This document shows positions 11,728-28,209 of a DNA stretch of 64,000 bases, piece after piece. Numbering within the stretch: position 1 is the first letter of the stretch; every line of letters begins with the position of its first letter. A program made the translations under genes and the position numbers. The notes beneath the pieces were generated by a model that did no database searches, was not told the origin of the DNA, and saw only the letters and a program-made list of their open reading frames with translations. Source of the DNA: Zygnema circumcarinatum SAG 698-1b (taxonomy: Eukaryota; Plantae; Zygnematophyceae); the NCBI GenBank assembly GCA_037447605.1, contig CM074811.1:3224001-3288000 (forward strand). The letters run 5' to 3'.

Positions 11728-12543
11728 AACAGTCAGTGATACTGTGAGGAAAGTTCACGCATGGAAAGAAGGCAAGGGCCAGTTTTGAGGACAATAGTGA
11801 GGGATTGCGATTTTTTTGCGATTTTCTTGAAGTGAAGGTTATCCTGGTGACTTTTTTGTGTAACAGTGTCCAATTTCAAATCAATTAATTATTTTTTTGC
11901 AGTAGAATTTCTTTTCAGGAGCATTCAAGGTGTGGGCGTAGATGCAGATGAGACTCAATCGTGGTAAAAAATCAAGGAGGGGTTTTACATGCATGGCATG
12001 GCATGGCATGTGTTTTTGAATTGGCATCTTGGTGGGGATTTTTAATGGAAGGAAAGTTCGGATTCCTGATTGGAGGAAAAGTAAGGGTCACGGATGAAAT
12101 TTCTTTCAAAAAGCGATTAGTTCCTGGATAGGATTTAATTAACTCAAGGTGATGTGATTCGGTGTAATATGAGACTCGCTCTTAAGCTTTGGCCTCGACT
12201 GCAGTACTTCATTTCGTCCAAGGGCCTTGAAAAAGTTTCAGAATGGAGACCAGAAAAAAGCTCCAATCACAAGTTCCATGCAACCAAGATGCTGTTACAG
12301 TTTGGTTACTGTTACAGTTCAGTGACCGTCGATGAAATTCGCAGGTCCGCAAATTTTCGGATTTTTCGAAAACCCGTCCATCACGAAACCAGGTTTGTGG
12401 TGACGTTTGCAAGGATGCCTACATGACGTCATCAAATCGTCAAAAACCAAAACCAAGTTTTGGACAAGAAACTCGGCACGAACTCAACCAGGTTTGAGCC
12501 AGTGTGAACGCCCACGCTGTCCACAAAAACGTTTAATCGTTTT

Positions 12544-12878
12544 CACGTGTGAACACTTAGGCTCATCTTCACGTCACGTCTTTCGTCCACGTGTTACGTT
12601 CCCATTCGCCCCACTATCCACCGTGTCTCGTTCCCATTCGCCCCACCGTCCACACATTCGCCAATCACAGGCCGCCATTTGTCATCCCTTTTCTCCCCTC
12701 CACGTGGCACGCTATCAGTCCTCCCAATCCACCACGTGGCATTTCCTCGCCTTCCTCCCTGGCCTCTTCTCTCCCTCTCTCTCGCTCTCTCTATCTCTCT
12801 CTCTTTCTCTCTCTCTCTCGGCTCCGAACCCTGTCTTGAACCCCTGTCTAGAGTCTGTTTAAAAAGTCAAAACCCTAA
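12544..12878 (+). promoter_or_regulatory. G-box cluster and telo-box upstream of lipoyl synthase
   Basis: CACGTG at 12544, 12588, 12701, 12733; AAACCCTAA at 12870-12878. Confidence 0.45.
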
Positions 12879-12940
12879 TCCGTGGGGTGTCGTTAAATAG
12901 TCTTCCTCCTTCCCCTCTCTCTCTCTTTCTCTCCGCCGCT

Positions 12941-17191
<4,251 letters not shown>

Positions 17192-17385
17192 AAGATAATG
17201 GGGGAGGCAGGGCTAAAAAATTAAAGGGATTAGGGCTTTTAGACATACTGAAACAGTGTACATACAAAAATCAAAATGTTTATTTTCGTGCAAAAGCAAC
17301 GTATATTTGCTCACTCAATAGACTACCACAGAACTTGAGACATGTTGATACAAATAACAATCGCTTGAAAAACTGGGTTTTCACC

Positions 17386-20300
17386 TCAGGCTGGTTTTTC
17401 GCCACAAACTGAGTTTTCTGATTCACACAAGAGAGCCACCAGAGCTTGGGCTGCCTCCGGGCCATCATTGTGAACCGAAGGAATGATGTTTTCCGGGTCA
17501 ACGAAGTCAACAAAGTCAACAAGTTCTTGGAAGCTCGAGTGTTCGCTGTACGGAACTTCGTAACTGCACACGTACCCGCAGTTCCATGCAGTTGTCAGCA
17601 ACGGAACGGAGGTTGGATCGGGGTTCAGAGATCAGAGGAGGCAAGGTTCTTAGGCTTTTAAAGTTTGAGATTTTGGGGTTTTGAAATTTGGATTTTAAGG
17701 TTTTGAAAAGATTGAGAAGTTTAGGGTTTTTTTACTTTCTTTTTTAAAGGTATGGTCTGGAAACTGACCGAATAAGAGTCCCTTTCTTCATTCTCCGCGA
17801 TGAAGCGCGTTTTTTGCCCTTTCCAAAACTCCATCCTGACGGGGAAATCGCGACGATTGTATCATACTTTCCCTGCAATTTCCATGATCTCCGTTTCAGT
17901 TAAAAGTTCAGTACAACTGAGTAACATTTCTGGTCGTTTCAAAAGCAGACATAGAACTTCCTGCTTCAAACTTCACACCTTCATAATTTGTCATGCAAAC
18001 TGAAATCATAACAAAGTTAAAAAAGACCCTAAAAGATCAACAAAAGAGAGGTGGAGCTTCTCTATTCATAACAACACTTACATCCCTCCACCCCACCCCC
18101 CTCCCCCTTGTTATTCATTTAAACATTTGTATATTTAATTTTATATACTGACCTTGTAATGGCGCGCTATGGATGTCATCCGTTTGAAGTTGGCGATGCT
18201 CCACAACGGAACTGCATGGATCCGGCTCTCTCCGTCGTTCCCTGTGACTAACTGAAGGTCCTCGAGAGGCAGTTCCATGCAACGGAGCATCCGGTGCTTG
18301 AGCGCTCCCACGTAAACTTTCATTTTCAGAGCTCGAGCAACTTCCAGAAAGAGCTTCTCTTTGCCTGAAAGAGAGGGAGAGGGGGAGAAAGAGAGAGGGA
18401 GAGAGTGAGAGCGCGCGCGAGAGAGAGGAGGGAGGGACAAAGAGAGAGAGCGAGGAAAAGAGGGAGAGAGAGAGAGAGAGAGGAAGGATGAGTAGAATGC
18501 AATATATGTCTCTCTCCACACTTAGGATTTTCCGGTACTCACTGTCTTTAGGGTTCAGTGTTTTTGTACGTTTTAGGGTTTGGAACTTTCGGGTCGACTG
18601 TCTTTCGAACGTTCAAGTTTCAAAGCCAAAAAAGACGGATTGGAAACCACGAGGACGACCGAATGCATCCGTACCACATCTTTCCGATCATCTTATGTTC
18701 TTCCTTCCTCCTTTTTTTTTTTGTTCCATTTTGGAAATGAGTGTCTGAAAACCCTAAAAAAACAAACATTAAAAACCTTCAAGTGTTTGATGACGAGAAA
18801 CATTCCGTACCGATTGTATAGGTGCCGATAAGACAGAGGGTTTTAGGATTGAAAACCTCCGCTGCAATGGCGTCGATGACGTATTGTATGACGTCATCTT
18901 GTGGGGGGAACTCGTACTGCACACATGACATCACTCGAGACATCGGTAACATCATTTTTTGCTTTACAGAAGCATCTCTGCAGGGACTGACATAGATAGA
19001 GGGGGGAGGGGGGGAGGGGGGGAGGGTGAAGGGGAGGGAGAGGGAGAGAAAAGTAGGGAGTGGGAGAGGGAGGGGAAGAGGGAGAGGGAGAGGAATAGAG
19101 AGTGGTAGAGGGAGATGGGACGAGAGAGTGGAAGAGGGAGACGGAGCGGGAGAGATGGGTTCCATGTGAGCCTTACCTGCGGGTTACAGTATGTGGTATC
19201 CAGCACGAGAGTGTGCAGAGAGAGAGAGGAGAGGAGAGAGGCCAAATCCCCCTCCATTTGAGGGCACCATCGGAAGTCTCCTGTGTGGAGGACCACCTGA
19301 AAGAGAATAGATGTGACAGGTGTCACACTTTCCATTCCATGCAGGGAAGTATCTTTGCCTCAGCCGCTTCTCCGATCAGGGAGAGAGAGAGGGGTGGGAG
19401 GGAGAGACGCAGGTAGGGGGGGATGAAATGTGGTAAAGGGAGAGAGAGAGGCAGAGAGAGGGCAATTGGGAGAGGGAATGCGTGAGAGATAATCAGGAGG
19501 AATGATGTGAGAGGAAGGATGCGAGAGAGAGGGCGAGAAAGAGAATGAAAGAGAGAGGATGCGGGAGAGAGAGTGGGCGAGAGAGAGAGGGTGGGAGAGT
19601 GAGAGGGTGGGAGAGAGAGAGAGAGTGGGAGAGAGGAGAGAGGGTGGGAGAGAGAGAGAGGGTGGGAGAGAAAAAGAGGGTGGAAGAGAGAGAGAGGGTT
19701 GAAGGGAGAGAGAGGGTGGGAGAGAGAGAGAGGGTGGGAGAGAGAGAGAGTGGGAGAGAGAGAGAGGGTGGAAGAGAGAGGGCGGAAGAGAGAGAGAGGG
19801 TGGAAGAGAGAGAGTGGGTGGGAGAGAGAGAGAGAGTGGGAGAGAGAGAGGGCGGGAGTGAGAGAGAGAGTGGGAGAGCAGCCCCCAGTCCCCTTACCTC
19901 TCCGTTGGGCGGCTCAAAGAGAATCATGACTGCCCCCGGGCAGTGGTTGGCATCGATAAGGGTCACTCCCACTCCCTCTATCTCCACTCTCTCCTTCACG
20001 GGCAGCACAAAAACTTTTTCCGGGGGAACCCCAATTTTGAGTTCCATAAGTTTTGCGGTTATCGCGGAACAAAAAATGACTCCGTGTCGAAAGGCGCGCG
20101 TGATGCCCCGATAATCTGAAAATACGAAAGAAAAAAATAATGGGTTCGAATTATAGTTTAAAGTTTAATATGAATTGCAGAGCTAGGATTCGGATTTTTA
20201 GGGCTCTTCTGTAGGGTAATCTTTAGGGCTGTTTTCCCAAAAAAAAAAAAAAAACTTACGGTCAGTATGAAAATGCGTGAGGAACCAATGGGAGCATTCT

Positions 20301-23300
20301 TTCGTAAGGTGCCCGAAGCCATCCTGCAAACCACGGGCAGGACCCAAAAAAGAAAAAAAAATAGTGAGGCTAAACCTGACTTTCTGAAATGCTGAAGTTT
20401 GGAAAAAGGAAAAAAAAAAAAAAAACAAAAAAAAACGAAAAAAAAACGGAGTTTCCAGTTTGGGTGTTTTGAGGTTTTCTGGTTTTCTGGGTTTGAGATT
20501 TTTTTTTTCTACAAATTTGAAAAACTTGTTATTTGAAGGTTTTCGATTCTCTGGTTTTTGGGTTTACCACTCGAAACGTCGTTCCGGGAATAATTTCCCA
20601 AAGATTCGCTCCATCTCTCGACTGGCCCCCTCTAGCAGCTCTCGCTCTCCCTCTCCCTCTCCCTCTCCCACTCCCTCTCCCTCTCTTTCTCCACTTCACA
20701 CTCCCACCTCGAGCTCTCTCTCTCTCTCCCTCCTCTACCGCTCCCCTCTCTCCTCCAGCGGCCTCCCCTTCTCCAACATCTCCTCTCCCTCTCCCTCTCC
20801 CTCTCCCTCTCCCACTTTTAGGGTTTCCACTCTCCCTCCCTCTAGCAGCTCTCGCTCTCCCTCTCCCTCTCCCTCTCCCACTCCCTCTCCCTCTCTTTCT
20901 CCACTTCACACTCCCACCTCGAGCTCTCTCTCTCTCTCCCTCCTCTACCGCTCCCCTCTCTCCTCCAGCGGCCTCCCCTTCTCCAACATCTCCTCTCCCT
21001 CTCCCTCTCCCTCTCCCTCTCCCACTTTTAGGGTTTCCACTCTCCCTTTCTCCTCCCCCCTTTCCCTGCGGCTGCCTGCTTTCGCCCAACGGAAAACGGA
21101 AAAAATCTGTAATCAATCGACGAGAGTTTGCCGTTCCATTTTTATTGCTGCCTTTTTGAATACTCCCTTTATACCCCAATTGCTCCCTTCCCATACTAAT
21201 ATTAACAAAACTACTTTCATGAAGCTCTGCAATATCATCCTCCCCATTTTCCAAAATTGTCGAATTATTTACATTCCCCTGTACTATGCCCTCAGTTCCG
21301 TCTCCTTCACTCCCTTCTCCCAACCATCTCTCTCTCTCCTTCTCTTCAGCCGCTTTCTCCTCCGTTCCATGTTGTTGCCTATTACGGAACTGAACATTCT
21401 CTCCTTCCTTCCTCTCCCTCTCACTCAAACTCCCTTCCCAAGAGAGCCTTTCACTTCCTCTCACTTCAAAGTCATCATCCGCCTCTCTCTCTCCCTCTCT
21501 CCCTCTCTTCTCTGTTCTCTTACTCATGTTTTCATCTAATTGCCGTAAAATATCTGCCATTCTAGCTGTAGCTCTGCTCACTGTACTTCTATGTTGCTTT
21601 ATTTCTCCATCTTCCTCCCAACGGAAATCCGTTGTGGGGCCCGCCGTGTTCCATGCAGACTGAACTCCGTTAACTTCAAAACTCAGCTCCTCACATTCAT
21701 CCATCTCTCCCTCTTCCGAGTCTCCCACCTCCTCTGCTCCTTCATTCTCCTCTTCAAAATTCGGCAAACCTACATACTCTTCCCACTTCTCTCCATTTAT
21801 TTCATCACCCTCCACATAATCATTCTTTCTGAGCTCCATATCTCCTTTCCATCTGCACTTCTCTTCCTCTCTCTCCTCCCTCTCATCACTCCCCTCCCCC
21901 TCCGCCCGTCCCTTTCGCTCCTCTCTTTCATCTCTCCACTTTCCCTCCCGTCTCTTCTCTCGCTCCTCGTTCTCATCTCTCCCCTCTCCCTCCACTTTCC
22001 CGTCTCGCTCCTCTCTCCCTTCTCTCCCTTCTCCCTCCCCTCGTCCCTCTGCCTCCTCTCTCTCCAGACACAACTCCGATACCTTCCTGAGCTTGAAATT
22101 TCCTCTCACATTTCTTCTTCCCGCAGCCTCCCAATTCAAATTCGCAGTGAAACATTGTCCTGACTCCTCTCTTCTCTCACACCCTGCATTCAGCCTCTCC
22201 TCTACCTCCCTATTCACAGCCTCCTTCCCTCTATACCCATCTCCCGCTGCATGTCTAAAATTCGTCACATCAATTAAGGCCTTAGAGGCAATTTTTCGAA
22301 CTTTCAATGAAACCTCTCCGTCGACAAACTCCACTCGATGTCTTTTGGCGTTTCTTTCTTCAATTATTTCCCTTCTCACCCCTTCCGAATTCTCACTCAC
22401 GTGCGCCCCACCAACCCTAGAAACCTCCTTGTCATGTTCCCCCATTTGAATAGGGTCTTTGAGATGCTTAGAACCCAAAGCATTTTTGAAGCTTACAGGG
22501 TTTCTAGGACTTAAACAACCTTCAAATCCTTCTTTGAATCCTCGGGTTGTGGAATGTGACAAGCTGTCACAGCATAGTCTAACATGCTCCCTCGATGCTG
22601 GCCCAACATCTTCCGAATGTGACGAATCCGAGAGAGCAACTATACATGAATGTCGATTAGATTCTTCAAAAGTTGAGCTTGAATTGCGTTTTTCTACAAA
22701 AGGGGTTCTCGGATCTATGGAAATATGCGCACAGGTTTCCTTGTAATGAGATACATTCGGTAAGGGAAGTGTGGTACATGGTAACGGATTAGGGTTGCTA
22801 AACTGAGAGTCAGTCTCACATAACTGACACAACTGAGAGAGCAGATTACGCTCAGGTGACGATTTCTTCTCAAAAATGTTCAATGAAGGAGATATGCAAG
22901 GTGAGCAACTGCCATAAGGCAAAGAGTCATTCCCAGCATTGTCTGAATAATCCGACTCCTCAACAATCTCAGGCTTTAAGAGGGGATCCGCGACAGCTGT
23001 CTGTGTCATTACTCCCATTATCTCATCGTCATCTTCCTCCTCCGCCCCTCTCCCTCCCTCTCTCTCCTCCACTCTCTCCACGTCCACACTCTCCTCCACT
23101 TCTCCCTCCCCTTTCCGCCCCTCCTTGTCCCCCTCTGACTCTCTACCTTTAGCAGCTTCTCGGCTCCTGCTACCAACAAGATACGCCGTTGCCTCTCCTC
23201 CTCCTCTACCTCTTCCTCCCTCTCCCTCTCCCTCTCCCTTTCCACCTCCTCCTCCTTCCACTAGTCCTACATTCTCCCGTTCTGCACCCATGGCTCCCTC

Positions 23301-23462
23301 TCCACAGCCATGGCCATGCCCATGCCCATCATCATGATCGCGGCATGGCCCCTCCGCGCAGGCCCGGCCGGCGGGCCACGTGGCACCCAGCCCCTCCCGG
23401 GGCAGCCCCAACCCTAATTTGCTGAACCCTGCGAGCTCCGCCACCCTCCTCCGCGCCGCCAT
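17386..23462 (-). CDS. SNM1: DNA cross-link repair nuclease SNM1/PSO2 (MBL/beta-CASP) with a long acidic N-terminus
   Basis: Exon 1 23462-20568 ends IPGTTFRV; then DGF...WFLTHFHTD|HYRGI, DANHCPGAVM, LHTGDFR, LDTTYC, IGTYTIG|KEK, ISPSGWSF, YEVPYSEHSSFQEL...IIPSV. PIP-box-like RRLITDFF. Confidence 0.93.
20629..21047. repeat. 210-bp in-frame tandem duplication inside SNM1 exon 1
   Basis: TCTAGCAGCT... at 20631 and 20841; duplicates a 70-aa RG-rich segment. Confidence 0.9.
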
Positions 23463-24362
23463 GGCTCTCCTATGAAACGGACGCCACGGATGTACGGACG
23501 AGGGTGCTCCTGCAGGCGGCGCTGGCAGCCATGGATGCGTGGCACAGGACCTGCATAGATCGCATCCATGGGAGGACCTGCCGACGCTTTTGCTCCGCCG
23601 ACATGCTCGGGCCTGCTCGGAGGTAGGTTAGGGTTTAGAGTTTAGAACTTTAGGTGAGGGTCAGGGTTTAGGGTTTAAAAGGGGCAGGGTCAGGGTTAAG
23701 GGTTAAGGGTTCAGAAGGGTTAGGGCTAACATGAAGGGTTTAGGGTTCAGGTCATGGCTACGGTTTAGGTTTTTATCGAAATTTAAGGATACGAGTCAGA
23801 ATCTTTAATACGTACGAAGGGCTACGACCGTACAGGTGTGATTGTACGGATAGTTGGGAGTACGGTAGCTCTGTGATGACGATAACGTTAGCGTTAGCGT
23901 CAAACGGGACGGCGCGGGTTGGAACGGAACACAGTTTTGCGGTCACATGAAACCCGGGACATGGCGAAGCCGATCGAACCAATCGGGGCCGTCCGATTGT
24001 GCAACTTCGGAGAAGCTTTACCTGACGGCCTCCCTCACTTGAGCCATGCATTTGAGATCGATAAGAAGATTGATTGAGATTACGAGAGGACATTGAGAGG
24101 AAAAATGAAGTGGCATTGATCTCACGATGGCAAGGCCATCAAATGTACATGGAAAAAAGCAGCATCATGGGAAACCACGAGGGACTGGTCGCAAAGGACC
24201 TAAGCACAGATTAAGAGAGGCGGAGAAGTGCTATTCTCAAGAGTTCTAACACTCTCACTGGCCGAAACGAATCCATCATTTCATGGATATGTGTCGCACG
24301 TATCGATCGTTGAATCAGGGTGAGAGGGAGAGGGAGAGGGAGAGGGAGCCCGCGGAGTAACT

Positions 24363-24959
24363 TATATCGACAAGTTTCCATCAATGTCTACTTACGAGCA
24401 TCCCCTGAAAGCACCCCACAGTCTGCATGCTAATCCCCCGTCTAACCATTATCACTAACATATTAAAATCTCAGCTATTCTTAGTTTGACGTAATCTACA
24501 TCCTAGAAGCCCAAAAGTCTTACAAGAGCAACAAGAATCAGCAAATCTTCCACAAAGGAGAGGGAGAGGAGAGGGAGAGGGAGAGGGGGAGGGTGGGAGG
24601 GGGAGAGGGAGAGGAGGGAGGACAAAAATGGTGAGTTGGTCCGAACAACTCTCCAGCAGGTCGCATTCAGAAGATCACAAAGCAGATTGATTTAACTCAA
24701 TACCAAAAGAAGGATCCAAAAATGTAATGCCCAATTTTTTTTCCTAAACGATGACATATTGCGAATATATCGACAAGTTTCCATCAATGTCTACTCACGA
24801 GCATCCCCTTAAAGTACCCCACAGTCTGCATGCTAATCCCCCGTCTAACCATTATAACTAACATATTAAAATCTCAGCTATTCTTAGTTTGACGTAATCT
24901 ACATCCTAGAAGCCCAAAAGTCTTACAAGAGCAACAAGAATCAGCAAATCTTCCACAAA
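24363..24959. repeat. ~194-bp direct repeat (24363-24556 and 24766-24959)
   Basis: TATATCGACAAGTTTCC...GCAAATCTTCCACAAA occurs twice with a few substitutions; intergenic. Confidence 0.9.
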
Positions 24960-25516
24960 AGCTCTTCCGTCCATGACTCATTTTTCAGTACTCCGACCCC
25001 TATCACACACCGCATCATGGTTTACACTCTCAGCCTCTTAAGCGTTGAACAAAACGCTGTGAAGGAAGATAACACATTCAAGCTTGATGCAATTACACAA
25101 AACACATGTTCGCACAAGATCAGCACATAACTCACAAATAATCTTTATTTCATCAGAGGCCTCAATTACAAATCACTTCATCCTTCCTTCTCTCTTCTCT
25201 TCTGTATTCTACATCTGCGCAGCACTTCCTTTTTCTACTTCCTGTCTAAGCTTCCAGAAGACACCTTTCTGAATCCTCCTTCCTGAACATCATACATTTC
25301 AGACGCTTCGCCTGACACTCTTCCTGCTCAGACCTTCTTGAATTCTCTCACACGCGCGGTCCCAATTCGTCCGTACAATTTCCATACGGTATCCGTACAT
25401 ATATCCGTACAACTTTTCGTACAATTTTCCGTGCAACTCGCAGCATCACAATCCATCACAAACCCGAGATCCAAGACCCCAACACTGCGCGCGTCCTATC
25501 GCCCATCGACCGACAC

Positions 25517-26491
25517 TCAGCACGAGGCGGAGAAGACGCCCTTGCTGCTGACCACAGTGCAGCTCAGACCTTGAACCAGCTTCTCCAACGAGTAGGTCCC
25601 CACAAGAGCAGTGAAGTACGCCGGACAGCTGTACGTTGAAGCGCCGGACAGCACCCCCACAGCGAGCAGACTGGGGGTCAGAGTGACGAGAGGGCCGCCT
25701 CCCATCCCTCCCTCCACAGACAAGTTCTCGCATAGAACGTTCGCCGAATAGCCCTGGCAGCCGCGCGAGAGAGGCAGCACCGTCACGTCATAGACGATGC
25801 TCTTGCCGTCGACTGTCTGGGCGGGATACCCAAAAGCAGCGCGCGGATATGGGGCTGGCACGGCGCTGGTCCACTTGAAGGCGTTTCCTTCGAGGGGAGA
25901 TTGCAGCTTCAAAGCGGCGATGTCGCTGCCGGCAGAGAGTGTGCTCGCCCACGAAGCCGCGTTGATGAAGGCGGTGAAGATCGTAGCGCTTTCAACATCG
26001 GAGACGGAGTAGGAGTAATCGCTCGGCCCGTTCTTCTTTGTGAAGGCCGTCACGTAGACGGTTGAGTTGAGCTGCCACACGTTCGAGTCCGTGTTATAGA
26101 CACATGAGGCGGAGGTGGCCACGAGAAAAGGCGCAATAAGAATCCCCGAGCAGGCGCGGAATGTGCGGTCGGTGGAGGCGAATGAGAAGAAGAGCAGAAC
26201 TATGCCGGAGGCGAGGCCGGTCTCCTCGAAGCCCGGCACGACGCGAGAGGCCGGCCATGGAGGGGAGCCCGTGTTGCAGGTGAGGAAGCCCTTGGGAGAC
26301 ACGCCGCGCTTGCTGCCGGCGAGGGGAAGGGACATGTTGCCCGAGAGGGAAAAATCACCTAAAGACTTGGCAGAAAGAGCAGCGTCCTTGGTGGGGGCAG
26401 CTGTGACTTTCACCGTTTGAAGAGAGGGGGGCGATGCTTCGGCGAGGAGGGGCACAAGGAGGAGGGGAAAGAGGGAGTGGAGGACGGCCAT
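25517..26491 (-). CDS. Secreted trypsin-fold pseudoprotease A2 (diverged copy), intronless, 324 aa
   Basis: Signal peptide; LVATSASC; SDIAALKL; EGGMGGGPL. Same His->Ser and Ser->Gly replacements as A1 despite many other substitutions. Confidence 0.88.
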   Translation of the reverse strand: MAVLHSLFPLLLVPLLAEASPPSLQTVKVTAAPTKDAALSAKSLGDFSLSGNMSLPLAGSKRGVSPKGFLTCNTGSPPWPASRVVPGFEETGLASGIVLLFFSFASTDRTFRACSGILIAPFLVATSASCVYNTDSNVWQLNSTVYVTAFTKKNGPSDYSYSVSDVESATIFTAFINAASWASTLSAGSDIAALKLQSPLEGNAFKWTSAVPAPYPRAAFGYPAQTVDGKSIVYDVTVLPLSRGCQGYSANVLCENLSVEGGMGGGPLVTLTPSLLAVGVLSGASTYSCPAYFTALVGTYSLEKLVQGLSCTVVSSKGVFSASC

Positions 26492-26661
26492 GACTGCTGC
26501 GGTGAGAGGAGAGAGGTGAGAGAGATGGAGAGCAAGGGAGAGGGAGAGAGAGAGACAGAGAAAGTGGGAAAGGGAGAGAGGAAAGTAATGAAACTTGTAG
26601 AGGAGCCGAACTCGTCGAACAATTCATAGGTGCGAGCAGCCATCGGACAAAACCGAACCAC

Positions 26662-27960
26662 GTACCGTACATACGTACATACATACGTACCGTACGGTAC
26701 GGTACGAAACAGTTGGTACGGGGTGTAACCGAACGCATGTCCGTACATGGAATTTGCATGACCAGTTTTGGTTGTGGCGAGAGACTGACTGACATGTGTG
26801 GGTATTGCGCTTTTTTTTTTTTTTCTTACAATTCTGTATGGTGGACTACCGTAAAACCAAACAGGGTGAGAAATTGTTAAACGAGTTTACTTGATTTCTC
26901 CATCTTCAATCTTATTCAATAGGATTGAACTTTGAACACTCGTGGTCGAAACTGTTTCGATTTAAGAAAGCGAAAAGTTTTAAAGGAAAGGTTCAAAGAC
27001 TCAATTGGTTCGGTCGCACGTGTAGATTCCACTTTTCACCACGTTGGTTCCGTGAAACTGTGCGATTCGAGGGATCCTGTTAACCTGAGGTCCATTATCT
27101 TCGTACGACTCTTCAGGTGAGTGGATCAACGATTTCTGTACTCGTACAGAAATCTCCGGATCTACTCCCTTTGCGATCCGCTAAAATCTCATTGATGATC
27201 GGTGGACCCAAGGAAAACTCAAATTGAAGACTATCAATAATTAATTGTTCAATGTTCAATTGGTTCTCCATAAAATTTGTATTGAGAAAAAAATTAGGAA
27301 TTCATTTCTCATTTCTCAAAATAAATCATGTTCACAAAAATAGGGTTTCCCCTTTTTTTTTTGAGACTTATTTTGAATTTTTTCTCTTTTTTAGAAGCCA
27401 AAATCATTGATTTCTAATTTTCTCAACCTGTTTGATTTTACTGTAGTGTGCGCCTATTCCTGCCTGCGTTGTTCCGTATATGTACGGACACCATGCCCTA
27501 CAGGTACAAACGCCCGCTTGCAGCAAAAGCGGAAATCCTTGGATGGCGGCCTCAAATTGGACTGACGTCCAAAACGACAAAAAAGGGTCACGGGACGGCC
27601 GTGGGCAAAAACAAGGATCCTTGAAATGTACGGCTTCTTGTACAGTAGCAAGTTTCGAAATTAGCTGTTTGAAAGGAGGAAGCCATGCGGTGCAATTCGT
27701 ACGTGTTTCGAGCTTCTATCAAAACAGATTCTACAATTCGCGCATATCGCATGGCCACGTGTCATAATGCCGAAAAAATCGACGGTTTGTATGGAGTTGA
27801 CGGCACATATGTACGGAATACGTGTTCATCGTACAGCAAGCAGGAAGCTTAAAATCTTATTTGTACAAAAAGGGAAAGCTTGCTGGGCAAGTCTGGAAAC
27901 TAACGAATGGGCCGCCACCACGTTGCGATCCGAATCTCCAGAGATTCTATTTGTACAACT
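26662..27960. promoter_or_regulatory. GTAC-rich divergent promoter between A2 and B2
   Basis: 9 GTAC in 26662-26746 (CGTACCGTAC...CGTACGGTACGGTAC) and about 9 more in 27480-27960. Confidence 0.6.
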
Positions 27961-28209
27961 CGGCAGGTAAGCCTCCCCCATGAAATTCTCCACTGACAAA
28001 ATTGGCCACGCATAGGGCGCCACGTCACGCTTGGTCAACAATATTCCTCCCTCTCCTCCCCTACCTATACGTCCCTCTCCCTTTCACCGTCTCCCTCATC
28101 TCCCTAACCTCCCTCCCCATCCTATCCTTCTCTCCCTCTCTCTCCCCCTCCCTCGCTTCCCTCTCCCCCCTCTCTCTCCCTCTCCTGCTCTCCTTCCCCT
28201 GCGGCAGTC

